Of a DNA stretch of 64,000 bases, positions 19,308-29,391 are shown in pieces; positions within the stretch are counted from its first letter, which is position 1; each line of letters begins with the position of its first letter. The position numbers and the translations under genes are program-made. Under the pieces are notes generated by a model that saw nothing but the letters and a program-made list of their open reading frames with translations, had not been told where the DNA came from and searched no databases. The stretch is taken from IMG/VR virus record IMGVR_UViG_2925939204_000001; one strand, 5' to 3'. The DNA is from a virus (Duplodnaviria > Heunggongvirae > Uroviricota > Caudoviricetes).

Positions 19308-19523
19308 ATGGTTAATGCCAATCCTTGCGCACGCCCGGAATTTATCTGGCGCTTTTATTCCTGCACAAAACACACCTACATCAGCGTAATGGCAGCTACT
19401 GAGGCTGAAGCGCGTTCATTTCTTCCTACAGATCCATGCATTTTTGCCGCTCGCTTTAAACTCGATGCTCTGGACGTTTTGACCTACTGGAACCGCCCAA
19501 TGAACTGCGTGGAGGTGCATTAA
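19308..19523 (+). CDS. icd: Icd-like small protein (host cell division inhibitor family)
   Basis: N-terminal RPEFIWRF motif; position between c4-like RNA and ant; RBS overlapped by the b2 antisense target. Confidence 0.6.
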   Translation: MVNANPCARPEFIWRFYSCTKHTYISVMAATEAEARSFLPTDPCIFAARFKLDALDVLTYWNRPMNCVEVH

Positions 19524-20521
19524 TGGACGCAGTAACTATCAATAACAAACCATTCCCGACTCTCGAATATAAAAATCAGCGTGTAGTGACCTTTGAGATG
19601 ATTGATGAGGTGCACGAACGTGTTGATGGGGCAGCCAGGGGAACATTTAAGCGAAACAGAAGTCGTTTCATTGAAGGGGTGGATACTTATGTTATTGATT
19701 ATTCTGAAAAGGGCTTTTTAAGCCCATTTGGAATTGATGTCCCCCCGCGCGGTTTGCGCGTGTTCACTGAGTCCGGCTATCTGATGATTGTTAAGTCATT
19801 CAATGACGATCTGGCCTGGCAAGTGCAACGTGAGCTGGTAAACAGCTATTTTCGTATTAAGCAATTAATACCGGAGCACTCACCGCTAAAATCAAAAGCC
19901 GAAATCCTGGCCGAAATGGCGCAAATGCATCTTGAGCATGAACGCCGGATCAACGCCGTAAATGCCCAGGTAGCCGAGGTATCAGCACAAGTATCGATGG
20001 TCGCTGAAACACTCGAGCAAATCAAGAAAGGCAATATTCCGGAAGGCTACATTGGCTACCGCCAGCTGGCGGCGAAATGTGGCCTGACTGAAGCAAAATG
20101 TCGCAACCTGGTCAACGCTTACCGGATTCCCACCGATACGCATGAGTTTTTAACTCCCGATGGTTTGCTTGCGCGACGCTCCATTGTGGCCCTGGCCCCC
20201 TTCCGGAAAGCCTTTAAGCAGGTGATGTCGGAGGCAGAACCACGCAATAAACGCTGGTATCATCCAAAGATGGGGATGTTTCAGGCAATCCACCATCCTG
20301 TGCCTGAAAGCCCAAAGGATAATCTGTCACTACATACCGTCAGAGAGAAGATCAGGACTGGATACGCAACAGTGTGTCGTCGTTCTTCCTGGCCTGAAGG
20401 TATATGGGTGTGGCCCGAAGGTGGATCACGAAAGCACTGGCGCACTATCCGGGACGGGAAAATCCATGCTATTGATTTAGCGCCAGAGGATATTGTTGCT
20501 ACGGACTGGATTGTTAGTTAA
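19523..20521 (+). CDS. ant: antirepressor Ant with C-terminal DUF2829 (Tad2-like) domain
   Basis: TAATG-coupled to icd; central region identical to the module 2 Ant (IKKGNIPEGYIGYRQLAAKCGLTEAKCRNLVNAYRIPTDTHEFLTP); last ~65 aa homologous to the free-standing ORF 53885..54085. Confidence 0.7.
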   Translation: MDAVTINNKPFPTLEYKNQRVVTFEMIDEVHERVDGAARGTFKRNRSRFIEGVDTYVIDYSEKGFLSPFGIDVPPRGLRVFTESGYLMIVKSFNDDLAWQVQRELVNSYFRIKQLIPEHSPLKSKAEILAEMAQMHLEHERRINAVNAQVAEVSAQVSMVAETLEQIKKGNIPEGYIGYRQLAAKCGLTEAKCRNLVNAYRIPTDTHEFLTPDGLLARRSIVALAPFRKAFKQVMSEAEPRNKRWYHPKMGMFQAIHHPVPESPKDNLSLHTVREKIRTGYATVCRRSSWPEGIWVWPEGGSRKHWRTIRDGKIHAIDLAPEDIVATDWIVS

Positions 20522-20529
20522 TTACTGTT

Positions 20530-20556
20530 GCCCCGGCCTGTCCGGGGCTTTCGTGA
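20530..20556 (+). terminator. rho-independent terminator GCCCCGGCC-tgt-CCGGGGC then T-rich
   Basis: Read directly after the ant stop; near-identical terminator at 54089-54116. Confidence 0.55.
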
Positions 20557-20961
20557 CTAAAAATCTGTTCGCTGTCGCCATGCGTTTTTTAACTCAGGAA
20601 TATCCGCCATTTCAATTAACTTGCGAAGTCCAGCACTGACTTTCCCATTGCCAACCATAGCAAGCCAATCTCTTACTGCTTTCGGCATGTAGAGCGTTGC
20701 AGTTACCGGCTCTTCAACCCTGGCAGGACATCCGCATACAGGCCATTTAACTGATTCCATAACTTCGGATGCCGGGGTGAGGGCGGGGACATTGAGTATA
20801 TCTCTACCAGAAAACTGGATAACGATCCGTTCAGCGAGCGAGAGTATCTCACTTTCGGCAAGAATTGATGCCAACTGCGCCTCAACAAGAAAGCGACTTG
20901 TTGTGTTCAGAGAGTGGCTCTTAGCGCCATTTTTATACGAAACAAAGATTCGATACGCCAT
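20557..20961 (-). CDS. hypothetical protein, possible regulator
   Basis: ORF track; operator-like motif TGTGTTAGAAAA (20975-20986) lies in its upstream region. Confidence 0.4.
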   Translation of the reverse strand: MAYRIFVSYKNGAKSHSLNTTSRFLVEAQLASILAESEILSLAERIVIQFSGRDILNVPALTPASEVMESVKWPVCGCPARVEEPVTATLYMPKAVRDWLAMVGNGKVSAGLRKLIEMADIPELKNAWRQRTDF

Positions 20962-21119
20962 AACTCTAATGATTTGTGTTAGAAAACTAAAATTAAATCA
21001 CATAACAACATGCGTGTTAATAGATTTTATTTTACTAAACCTATTGACTAAATCACAAAGTAGGTATTGTTAGCCCGTCAAAAGAACCTTCACGCCGCGC
21101 CCGAATTTAGGGCTTAACC

Positions 21120-22817
21120 GTGAATAAAAACATTCAGCCAGCTCGTGATCGCGAGCGCGAGATTATGAATCGGGCGGCAAGCGTCATGGCTATGACCGTC
21201 GATCCGACCACCGATGCAGCAGGCAACATGATTGCTGACCAGGCAGTAATGATGGAAAACCTGGATAAAGCAATCCAGAAAGTGCCTATGTTTGAAGGCG
21301 TAAATCCAGAGGTCGCTCGTCAGATCACTGGTGGGTGGGCTATGTCTCTGCATGAGTATAAACGTCAACATGGTCATTACCCGGCAAGTGACATCCTGGC
21401 GAACGCACACATGGCTCTTGAGCGCCTGATGACTGAATGTGCCAGTGATACCCATGAAGGCACGGGTAAGGCAATGTTTGAGTCTGTCGCGCAATCAATG
21501 CGTAGCTCTGACGGCGTAATGAAAGTTGCTCAATATGCTGCTCTAATTCTGCCTGCCTCTCTGGGCGCTGCTACCAGTGATGCCTGTACTTTTGTTCCTT
21601 GTGATCGTGACGAGTCAAATATTTATGAACTGGTCAACGTAGCAGGCACAAAATTCGGCACCTTCAAACAAGGTGACGAACTGAATATGCAGTCAGCTGG
21701 TGTTTATTCTCAAATGAAGCGCCTGTATACCCTTTCCACTAAAGGGGATGGCAGCACCAAAACCTTCCAGTTCGACATCCAAAATTTTGAGGGACAATCC
21801 TGCCCGCTTCGCGCTGGTTATAACAAACTGCTGATCAACCGCAAACCGTCCAAAGTTGACGACGGCGATGGCAACCTTTATTTCAATGCTAAAGACAGCA
21901 AAGGTAATGCTTTCTCAGCGACTGCCAAAGTTGCCTATGACACTGGTGTCATTGACATTACATTTACCCAGGCTCCGCCAGTAGGTACTGAAATTGCTGT
22001 TCAGGTCGAAATTAACATCGAGCGCAATCCAAGCCTGATTCCGGTGATCAACCAGGCTATGCGTAAGTACGAAGTTCGTCCGTCCCAGTACGTACTTGCT
22101 TCCGAACACACGGTAATGTCCGCATCCGATTTAAGCCGTGAGCACGGCCTTGAATTAGCGGCACTTCAGTTCTCCGCGATGCGTAACTGGATCTCCCATG
22201 AAACCGACATCATGCGTCTGCGCACCCTGGTATTCCATACCGTTTATGGTCGTGAATTTGATGTGGCTCTGCCGGAAGCTCAAAACTATGAGTCCTGGGT
22301 CGGCCTCCTGCGTCACGCAGTAAACGCTCTGTCTCAAGAAATGGCAAATCGTACCCTGACAACGGGTATTCGTGGCGGCTTTGCTGGTAGTGACGCCGCG
22401 AACTTCCTGCGCTCTCTGCCTCCACAGCACTTCCAGATCGCACCAGGTTACGTTCAGTCGCCGTATGTACAGTACATCGGCACCCTGTTTGGCACGATTC
22501 GTATTTACGAAGTGCCGCAACCTGTCTGTGAGCAATTCCTGGCACAGGGATATGACTTCGGGCTGGATGACATCTTCTTCTATGGGCGTGGCGAAGGCAT
22601 CGGTAAAGCCGGTCTGATTGCTGGTGATGCAGTCCCAGCAATCCCTTACGTTCACGAAACCAATCCGTCTCTCGTTAACCGTACCACTCTCTGGGGCAGT
22701 GCCATCAACGAAGTACATCCTCGCAACGGTGAAAACTACTTCACCCGCCTGCGTCTGACTCGTGCCAAAGAAGGTGCTATCGACATGCTGACAGGCAAGG
22801 TTAACGAAAAAAAGTGA
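21120..22817 (+). CDS. major virion structural protein (major capsid candidate)
   Basis: 565-aa ORF followed by an Ig-like (Big_2) domain gene; assignment by size and context only. Confidence 0.45.
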   Translation: MNKNIQPARDREREIMNRAASVMAMTVDPTTDAAGNMIADQAVMMENLDKAIQKVPMFEGVNPEVARQITGGWAMSLHEYKRQHGHYPASDILANAHMALERLMTECASDTHEGTGKAMFESVAQSMRSSDGVMKVAQYAALILPASLGAATSDACTFVPCDRDESNIYELVNVAGTKFGTFKQGDELNMQSAGVYSQMKRLYTLSTKGDGSTKTFQFDIQNFEGQSCPLRAGYNKLLINRKPSKVDDGDGNLYFNAKDSKGNAFSATAKVAYDTGVIDITFTQAPPVGTEIAVQVEINIERNPSLIPVINQAMRKYEVRPSQYVLASEHTVMSASDLSREHGLELAALQFSAMRNWISHETDIMRLRTLVFHTVYGREFDVALPEAQNYESWVGLLRHAVNALSQEMANRTLTTGIRGGFAGSDAANFLRSLPPQHFQIAPGYVQSPYVQYIGTLFGTIRIYEVPQPVCEQFLAQGYDFGLDDIFFYGRGEGIGKAGLIAGDAVPAIPYVHETNPSLVNRTTLWGSAINEVHPRNGENYFTRLRLTRAKEGAIDMLTGKVNEKK

Positions 22818-22964
22818 TGGTGGCGAACGTGTCGGTATCACCAACGTCACTTGACGTAGATGAAGGTGAAACTATCGCCGCGAACACTTCAAAGGCACAG
22901 AAAAAAACAAAGCAGAAGTAAGGCAAAAACACGCCCCTGATTAAGGGGCGGTAAGGAGAAAAAA

Positions 22965-23243
22965 ATGGCAAACATTCAAGTAACTATCACGCCACCTGAC
23001 GCAACAGACAAATCTTTCACTGTTGAGTCAGATCACCCTGATATTGTCCAGGTTGATGGCACTACATGTACCGCTCTTAAGGCCGGGCAGGCAGTGCTGA
23101 CAATCAAAACAAATGACGGCAATAAAACCGCACAGTGCACAGTCACTGTTAGGGAGGCACATAAAAGCGTAAGCACCGTCAGTGTTGAACCAACTACGAA
23201 AGAAGTAACTGTAGGCGATAACTTCACGGTAAGCGAATCCTGA
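22965..23243 (+). CDS. Ig-like (Big_2) domain protein, candidate capsid decoration protein
   Basis: Beta-rich pattern IQVTITPPDATDKSFTVESDHPDIVQVDGTTCTALKAGQAVLTIKTNDGNKTAQCTVTV; strong RBS TAAGGAG. Confidence 0.55.
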   Translation: MANIQVTITPPDATDKSFTVESDHPDIVQVDGTTCTALKAGQAVLTIKTNDGNKTAQCTVTVREAHKSVSTVSVEPTTKEVTVGDNFTVSES

Positions 23244-23310
23244 TCAGAGGCTGCCCATTAACCGTGGGCAGCCTTGCCTCGTTCTCTCGCTTTAGAGGAT
23301 AAGAACCAGC

Positions 23311-24969
23311 ATGAATAAGATTAGTTTTTCGGTAGGGCAGGCAGCTGGCGTTGCTGTAATGTCAGTAAATGCTGACGCTAACCTCACCAATACCAGCGGT
23401 GGCGCATCCGTCTTTGCTGGGCTTGTAATATCGCGTCGTGGCGCACCGGGTAAGGTACTGAAAGTTGACGATACGACTTATCAAAGCGTATTAGGTTCAC
23501 CGATTCACCCTCGCCTGGGCGCGGCATTTGAACCATATCGCCACGTGGAGCGTGCAGTAAAAGGCGGCTCTGGATATGTCGTTCGAGTTTGCGCTAAAGA
23601 CATGAAGGTGCCGGGTATTTCTGTTTCCGTTGTGGGCAAAGCAAAAGCGGCAAAGGCGAGCAAAGAACTTTCCGTTGAACCTACTGAAACCACAGCAAAT
23701 CTAGGTGACACATTAAGCGTTGGTGTTGCTCCAACTGCAACGACTCAATCAGTGACCTTCACACCCAAAGAGACGCCCCAGATTAAAGGTGGAGAGAAGG
23801 CATTATTCTTCATCAAAGATGGTGATGCATCTCAAAATCGCACGTTATCACTAACTCGCGATGATGAAGAAAGCAAACTCTTTACGCTGACGCTGAAAGA
23901 AAAACAAACCGATGGGTCCATTGAGGTGCTGGAAAGCCACCAAGTGTCTTTCAATCCAGAAGGCACCAACGACATGGGCCAACCAGCATGGATTCCGACA
24001 CTGCTTGAAAGCCAGTCCGCTCGCATTGGTGCCGTACTGGCAGATAATGCAGAAGCATCCGCTGCTCAACTCATTTTTGAGGATGTGGCTTTTGAAGGTG
24101 GTACTGATGGAAATCTGTCCGAAATTGCCGCTGCAGACTATCTGGAAGCATTAAAGGTTCTCGAAGCTTCAGAGGTTAATTACACCGCATTGCTGTCATT
24201 GGGTTGTTATGACGCATCCGCCTTAGCCGCAATCAAAAAGCTGGCTGAAGATGTTCGCGTAGACATGTTCTATGACCTGAAGGGCAACCAGACACCTGAA
24301 AACGCTATTTCAGAAGCGAAAAGCCATAGTTTTGGCGGCTCACATCAACCAAGCCGTTACTACTTCCCGCTCTCCTGCCGAGATACTTTCACTGGAATGA
24401 ATGTCGTCTATGGCATTAGCTGCGACGCATTCGTAGCGAAGGCAAAAGGAGTGGCGCTGGTACCGGATGTTGGTGGTTGGCATTACGCACCGGCAGGTAT
24501 ATCACGCGCGATTATTGATCGACAGAACATTGCCCGAATTCCAAATATCGGTGCAGTTGATCGTGAAGCGTTCGTTCTTGCGCGCATTAATCCAGTTTCA
24601 GTTGCTGCTGACGGGTCCGTTTACATTGACGACTCTTTAACAACTTACAGCAAAAACAACTATCTGCGATTCCAGCATGTGTCTTCCTTGATGAACGCCA
24701 TCGCCAGAGATTTCTATGAAGTAGCTCAGGCGATTAAGCACGAACCGGATGGCATTACCAAAGAAGCGCTAATGAAAGCAATGACTGAATTGCTTGACCG
24801 TTACGTTGCAGCCGGTGCGCTGGTTACTCCACGTGACAAGTCCCAGGGTGAAGATCCATATGTTGTTCAGGTTGTCCAAAAGGACATCGATCTGTGGGAA
24901 GTGCCCTGGTCTGTTTGTCCGACCGGTACAGCTCGCCGAATCGCCGGTAAGCCAATTCTGATGCGCTGA
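23311..24969 (+). CDS. phage structural protein (tail sheath candidate)
   Basis: 552 aa; C-terminal region loosely resembles sheath C-terminal domains; followed by a tube-sized gene. Confidence 0.4.
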   Translation: MNKISFSVGQAAGVAVMSVNADANLTNTSGGASVFAGLVISRRGAPGKVLKVDDTTYQSVLGSPIHPRLGAAFEPYRHVERAVKGGSGYVVRVCAKDMKVPGISVSVVGKAKAAKASKELSVEPTETTANLGDTLSVGVAPTATTQSVTFTPKETPQIKGGEKALFFIKDGDASQNRTLSLTRDDEESKLFTLTLKEKQTDGSIEVLESHQVSFNPEGTNDMGQPAWIPTLLESQSARIGAVLADNAEASAAQLIFEDVAFEGGTDGNLSEIAAADYLEALKVLEASEVNYTALLSLGCYDASALAAIKKLAEDVRVDMFYDLKGNQTPENAISEAKSHSFGGSHQPSRYYFPLSCRDTFTGMNVVYGISCDAFVAKAKGVALVPDVGGWHYAPAGISRAIIDRQNIARIPNIGAVDREAFVLARINPVSVAADGSVYIDDSLTTYSKNNYLRFQHVSSLMNAIARDFYEVAQAIKHEPDGITKEALMKAMTELLDRYVAAGALVTPRDKSQGEDPYVVQVVQKDIDLWEVPWSVCPTGTARRIAGKPILMR

Positions 24970-25012
24970 TTTATAACCCCCGCTAAATGATGCGGGGGAG
25001 AGAGGTTTGAAT

Positions 25013-25747
25013 ATGAAAAATTATACTGCTGATCCGTTTATGCGTGCGATTTTCGGTTCTGGCTGCTTTGAAAGCGGTGATAAATCCACTCAGGACAATA
25101 ATGATAACGCCATGCTGGAAAGCGCAGGACAGAAAGGAAAGGACACTCAACCAAAGCCCAAAGACGACATTGAAACCGCGATGATGGAAGCGGTTGAATC
25201 CCGTGCACAAGGTGATATGCGCAGCCTGGCAGCGTCCATGCTTGCTGGTTGGGTTGAAGATGGTGATCCGGAGGCTGACTCATTTGATGCATTAGCAATC
25301 ACTATGGCTGGCCTGGCTGATATCGATGAAGGCACCGATTTCACCGATGAACAAATCGATGCTTATAACGATGCTCTCGCAGCTCTTGCTGATGCAGCTG
25401 TTGCGCTTGGCGCTGATCAGGACGATGTAACCGAAATGATCGACGATGAAGATGACTCAGCTGCCGAACGTGTTTATGACGCTCTTTCCGAAAGCGACAC
25501 CGACATGATGGAAACAGCTATTGCCATTTACACCGTTGCTGGTGGTGATAGCGCAATGCTGGAAGCGGTACGTAAAAAAGTGGTTCGTGATGGCAAGGTT
25601 ACCATCATCCGTAAACGCCCGCGTCCTCGCCGCATGACGTCATTGCAAAAACAGGCGCTGAAAAAAGCACGCCGCAAAGCACATACATCCGTAGCGAATA
25701 TCAACCGCAAAAAATCAATGCGCATTCGCAAAAAACGCGGTTTGTAA
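25013..25747 (+). CDS. acidic protein with basic C-terminal tail (scaffold/internal protein candidate)
   Basis: ATG at 25013 after GGGGGAGAGAGG; D/E-rich body, KR-rich C-terminus. Confidence 0.45.
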   Translation: MKNYTADPFMRAIFGSGCFESGDKSTQDNNDNAMLESAGQKGKDTQPKPKDDIETAMMEAVESRAQGDMRSLAASMLAGWVEDGDPEADSFDALAITMAGLADIDEGTDFTDEQIDAYNDALAALADAAVALGADQDDVTEMIDDEDDSAAERVYDALSESDTDMMETAIAIYTVAGGDSAMLEAVRKKVVRDGKVTIIRKRPRPRRMTSLQKQALKKARRKAHTSVANINRKKSMRIRKKRGL

Positions 25748-25795
25748 GTGACATAGGCCGCCTGCAAAGGTGGCCTCTACCTGGGAGAAATAGCT

Positions 25796-26392
25796 GTGTA
25801 TTGCGGAGCAAGTTTAGCTGATGGCATAAGCCCTTTTTTAAAGGTTTATATTATAAACGAGTCCAATACAGATATGGTGGTCGGCTATATTGGAGAAGGT
25901 TCGTCGGCGGAATTAGCATCACTATGGCAATCCCCATTTGAAGATAAAGCTATGGGAAGTTTGTTAGGCTCAATTAGTGAAGCAGCGTCATCATTTGCCA
26001 GCATAGTTCAAAATTTAAGTGGACTGACAAGCAAAAGCCGATTCAATTCCACGTTAATCTGGGAAGGACAACAGCCACCAGAGTTCAATCTTGTGCTGGA
26101 TTTCTTAGCAACATCCAATGCAAAAATTGAAGTTAATGACGCAATTACAACCTTATTGAAAATGGCCTCTCCAGAGTTAAATGACGTTGCGCCAATGGGA
26201 AGGATTCCTGAAACAGTCACAATTAATATTGGCAGAAACGTCCTGCTAACTGGCGTTGTTATCAAAAGCGTGAGTTACCAACTGGACGCCCCGCGCACAC
26301 CAGAAGGCTATTTCACTCATAACACGGTAACCCTGCAATGCAGCGGTAATACATCGATCAACCGTAGCAATATCTCATCTGTTTTTGTGTAG
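25796..26392 (+). CDS. hypothetical phage structural protein
   Basis: ORF track; start codon uncertain. Confidence 0.4.
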   Translation: MYCGASLADGISPFLKVYIINESNTDMVVGYIGEGSSAELASLWQSPFEDKAMGSLLGSISEAASSFASIVQNLSGLTSKSRFNSTLIWEGQQPPEFNLVLDFLATSNAKIEVNDAITTLLKMASPELNDVAPMGRIPETVTINIGRNVLLTGVVIKSVSYQLDAPRTPEGYFTHNTVTLQCSGNTSINRSNISSVFV

Positions 26393-26400
26393 GAGTATTT

Positions 26401-26892
26401 ATGTCCGGTTTTGCAAATACAAAAGCCGATATGGCCTTTCTAAAATCCCGGTTTAATAAAAACCTGGCTGCAGGCGAAAAACTTATTGGTTCTGAATATT
26501 GGATGACCATTAAGGGTTACGAACATCTGTCTGTACTTGTTCGTTCCACTCAGTTACCAGAAATGACACGCGAAGATGTGGAGGATTACGCCCCTGGCGG
26601 CATGAAATTCAACCAGCACGGACCATTACGCAACTCTGGTGAATTTCAGGTCACATGCGCGGAAACTATCGAAGGCGCAGTTCTCGCCGCTGTAAAACAG
26701 ATGGTATACGGAAAAGAATATCTGGAAATTACCTTACAGGCGGCGGCTGAATCGAATAGCGGTAACCATAAAGGTCTGATCCGCACATATTCTCATTGCA
26801 AAGTGTATTCCGACGCCGTGGACTTCTCATCCGAAGACGTAACGGCGGTCGTTAAACCTTCCCTGCGCATTGTTTACAACTGGGCGGAATAA
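26401..26892 (+). CDS. phage tail tube candidate
   Basis: 163 aa, position after sheath candidate; no decisive motif. Confidence 0.35.
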   Translation: MSGFANTKADMAFLKSRFNKNLAAGEKLIGSEYWMTIKGYEHLSVLVRSTQLPEMTREDVEDYAPGGMKFNQHGPLRNSGEFQVTCAETIEGAVLAAVKQMVYGKEYLEITLQAAAESNSGNHKGLIRTYSHCKVYSDAVDFSSEDVTAVVKPSLRIVYNWAE

Positions 26893-26946
26893 TCCCTATC
26901 CCGCCCTTGTGGCGGGAACATCCTTGTTATTGAGTTGTAGGCAACA

Positions 26947-27498
26947 ATGACACCAATTGAATTATTAGAAAGCGTTAAAGAGCGATTTAATCCGCTGCTT
27001 GTGCGTGAAGAAGAAACGTTGAAAGCATTCCTGATCAAAGCTCTGACCACGTATCAGGACAGGGCAGGGGTAGTGAAAACGTTAAAACTTGAAAAAGCTG
27101 GTGGTACTGCAATCCCGTTGCCAGAAGATTATCTCTCTTTGGTTCATGTTACCGACAACAACGGCTTGTTGGTCTATTCGGATGAATTATCCGGATTTAT
27201 TGAATTAGAACTAACAGGTTCAGAACGCTGGCCTTTTCGAATGCTGTATCTGGTTAATCTACGCGACAGAGAGCTGGATGAATGGCAAGTGCCTCCTGCA
27301 ATCATTGGAATGCTGGAGGAATATCTGGAGGCGCTTATCAATGTAAGAAATGTCGCCCGGCAGCGTAGAGCGTCCATCGACGGGAAATTTGACTACTCCG
27401 ATCTGCCCGATGAAGCCACGCTATATGCCCGCGTGCAGGAGATTGAGGAAAAAATGTCCTCAAACCGGGCCATTATTCCGGGGGCTACCATTTTTTAA
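26947..27498 (+). CDS. hypothetical phage protein
   Basis: ORF track. Confidence 0.45.
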   Translation: MTPIELLESVKERFNPLLVREEETLKAFLIKALTTYQDRAGVVKTLKLEKAGGTAIPLPEDYLSLVHVTDNNGLLVYSDELSGFIELELTGSERWPFRMLYLVNLRDRELDEWQVPPAIIGMLEEYLEALINVRNVARQRRASIDGKFDYSDLPDEATLYARVQEIEEKMSSNRAIIPGATIF

Positions 27499-27513
27499 CG
27501 CTGGAGGCGCAGA

Positions 27514-28221
27514 GTGAGTATTTTCAGCAGCGTTGGTAGAACGTTGACCACCGCATTGTCATTTAACACGAAATCATTCACCAGCAACCTCATTAGCGAC
27601 ATTCTTGATAAAGCCATATCAGGCGGCGGGGTAAGCGGGAATTACAGTAGCGATATTGCCTACGGGAAAAATATTGTTGCTGCCGCTATGCGTATCCGTT
27701 ACGCCCAGGGGTGGCAGTGGACCGTTGAAGTGGATGGTCTGAACGGCTTCGATATGTTCGTGAAGGATATCACCTACAGCAGTGGGAACATCGAGACAGA
27801 AAGCAAGGTGATCGGCAGCGTAGAATTCAGCAAGCCAACCTATGTTAGCGCCGGACCGGTCACTATGACCGTGAGGGATACCGAAGATGGCAAGATCATG
27901 GACTGGTTCAAAGAGCGTCGTTCTCGTGTAACAAATCCTGATGGAACAATAAACCTTCCTCCGGAATATCTGATGAAAATCCGTGTCTACCGGGTAACTC
28001 AGGACGGCGGAAAAGAACTGGAAGAAGAAATGCGCGTATTTCCTACTCAACTTGGGGAAATCACCCGCTCACGTGATCAGGTGTCAGAGTTCTTGTCATA
28101 CCCAATCACTTTCCAGAAATACACATCCGCAGGCTCAGGTGTTTCTGCTTTGGTCAACGGTGCCGCTGGCATGGCTACAAGTGCGTTAAAGGGGGCTGTG
28201 AGTGGAGTGATCAAATTCTGA
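27514..28221 (+). CDS. hypothetical phage protein
   Basis: GTG start after GGAGG; ORF track. Confidence 0.45.
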   Translation: MSIFSSVGRTLTTALSFNTKSFTSNLISDILDKAISGGGVSGNYSSDIAYGKNIVAAAMRIRYAQGWQWTVEVDGLNGFDMFVKDITYSSGNIETESKVIGSVEFSKPTYVSAGPVTMTVRDTEDGKIMDWFKERRSRVTNPDGTINLPPEYLMKIRVYRVTQDGGKELEEEMRVFPTQLGEITRSRDQVSEFLSYPITFQKYTSAGSGVSALVNGAAGMATSALKGAVSGVIKF

Positions 28222-28310
28222 ATAGCTTTAATTATGTGTGCTGGAGGGTTGCTCATTTCCCGTCAGCACCCACGACCTCAACGATAGCGGGTAGGGAAGG
28301 TAGCGCAATG

Positions 28311-28607
28311 TTGAGGGCATTTTTTACATCATCAATCCATCAGCAATGAAGGCATTCTTTACATATTTCAATAATATCAATCAGTTAACACAGTGAATGA
28401 TAATAAAAAAGCGCAATAAGAATGCACGATACGCACGATATTGGTTGAGGGCGATTTTTACATAATCCTTACATATCAATATGTTATATAAAAACACAAC
28501 TTGCTAATAACGAGATACATGCAATTAAGATGTAAAAATTGCCCTCAATTGCCGATCGTTAAGGGCAAATTCTACACCTTGAGAGGGGTGTAAAAATTGC
28601 CCTTAAG
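28311..28607. repeat. iteron cluster downstream of repA (copy-control locus candidate): five or more copies of the ~19-bp TGAGGGCAA-T-TTACA(CC) iteron in both orientations
   Basis: Copies at about 28311, 28445, 28529 (inverted), 28558, 28588 (inverted). Confidence 0.6.
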
Positions 28608-29391
28608 ACTGCTGATAGGTAAATTTTATCCTGGTAACTTTGCCGCCTTCCGTCACCTCTGAGAAGACTATTTTCATTTTTGTATTTTTTTCAATCTCTG
28701 CTACAGCCTTCGTTAAAAAACTTCTCTTAAATTCGGCATACCGCTGATAGCTTTTTGGTAACCCATAACGCTCCCGCATCCATTCGACGCCAAGTATGGC
28801 AAAGCCGCTTCCATCATCCTTCCTGTACTGGCATAAGGACTCATAAAGCCGCATAGAATAAGGATTTGTAAGGCGAGATACTTCGGTAAAATTCAGCCTT
28901 GTGAATCTCTTATCAAGCAGAGTAAAAAACGGCATGAGATATGGATTAAGATGAATAATGTAAGTCCCGCGCCGTGGTGAATAGGCATCCTTAATCATCC
29001 AGGGATAAGACTCATAACTGTCTTCTGATTCGGTCGATTCATCAGGGTTATATATCGTAACTTTCTTCTCGCTAAGACCTGAAATGGCCTTACGAATATC
29101 CTTGCTGGCTTCAGCAGAGGGCAAATTATACATCTCTGCATATTCGTTGACCGTCAACTCACAGGCACCTGAACCAAGAACGCCATCCTTAGAAGCATAG
29201 CGAAGTCTTCCCACCACAATAAACAACAGTCGCTTTTGGTCGCGAGTCAGGTGATAAGCAGCCTCCGTGATCTCATTGGCTTGTGCCAGACTACGACTAA
29301 TAGGTGTCGCTGACTCAATCAGGCTGACGGCTTTTGCTGTTAATTCCGCTCTGTTCATAACCCTGTGTGATCCTTCAAATGGTGAGGGCAA
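28603..29391 (-). CDS. repA: plasmid replication initiator, Rep_3 family (F RepE-like)
   Basis: Similarity to F RepE as recalled (EAAYxLxRDQKR, SAEASKDIR, YESxPW, NPYxMRLYESLCQYRK, DGSG, LPxSYQR); probable true start is the internal ATG at 29358. Confidence 0.85.
   Translation of the reverse strand: MPSPFEGSHRVMNRAELTAKAVSLIESATPISRSLAQANEITEAAYHLTRDQKRLLFIVVGRLRYASKDGVLGSGACELTVNEYAEMYNLPSAEASKDIRKAISGLSEKKVTIYNPDESTESEDSYESYPWMIKDAYSPRRGTYIIHLNPYLMPFFTLLDKRFTRLNFTEVSRLTNPYSMRLYESLCQYRKDDGSGFAILGVEWMRERYGLPKSYQRYAEFKRSFLTKAVAEIEKNTKMKIVFSEVTEGGKVTRIKFTYQQS

Noticed and set aside
28237-28254. Single ATGTGTGCTGGAGGG element resembling a P1-type iteron
   Set aside because: The P1 iteron sequence is recalled from memory only and this is a single copy; the shared GAGGG core with the local iterons could be coincidental.
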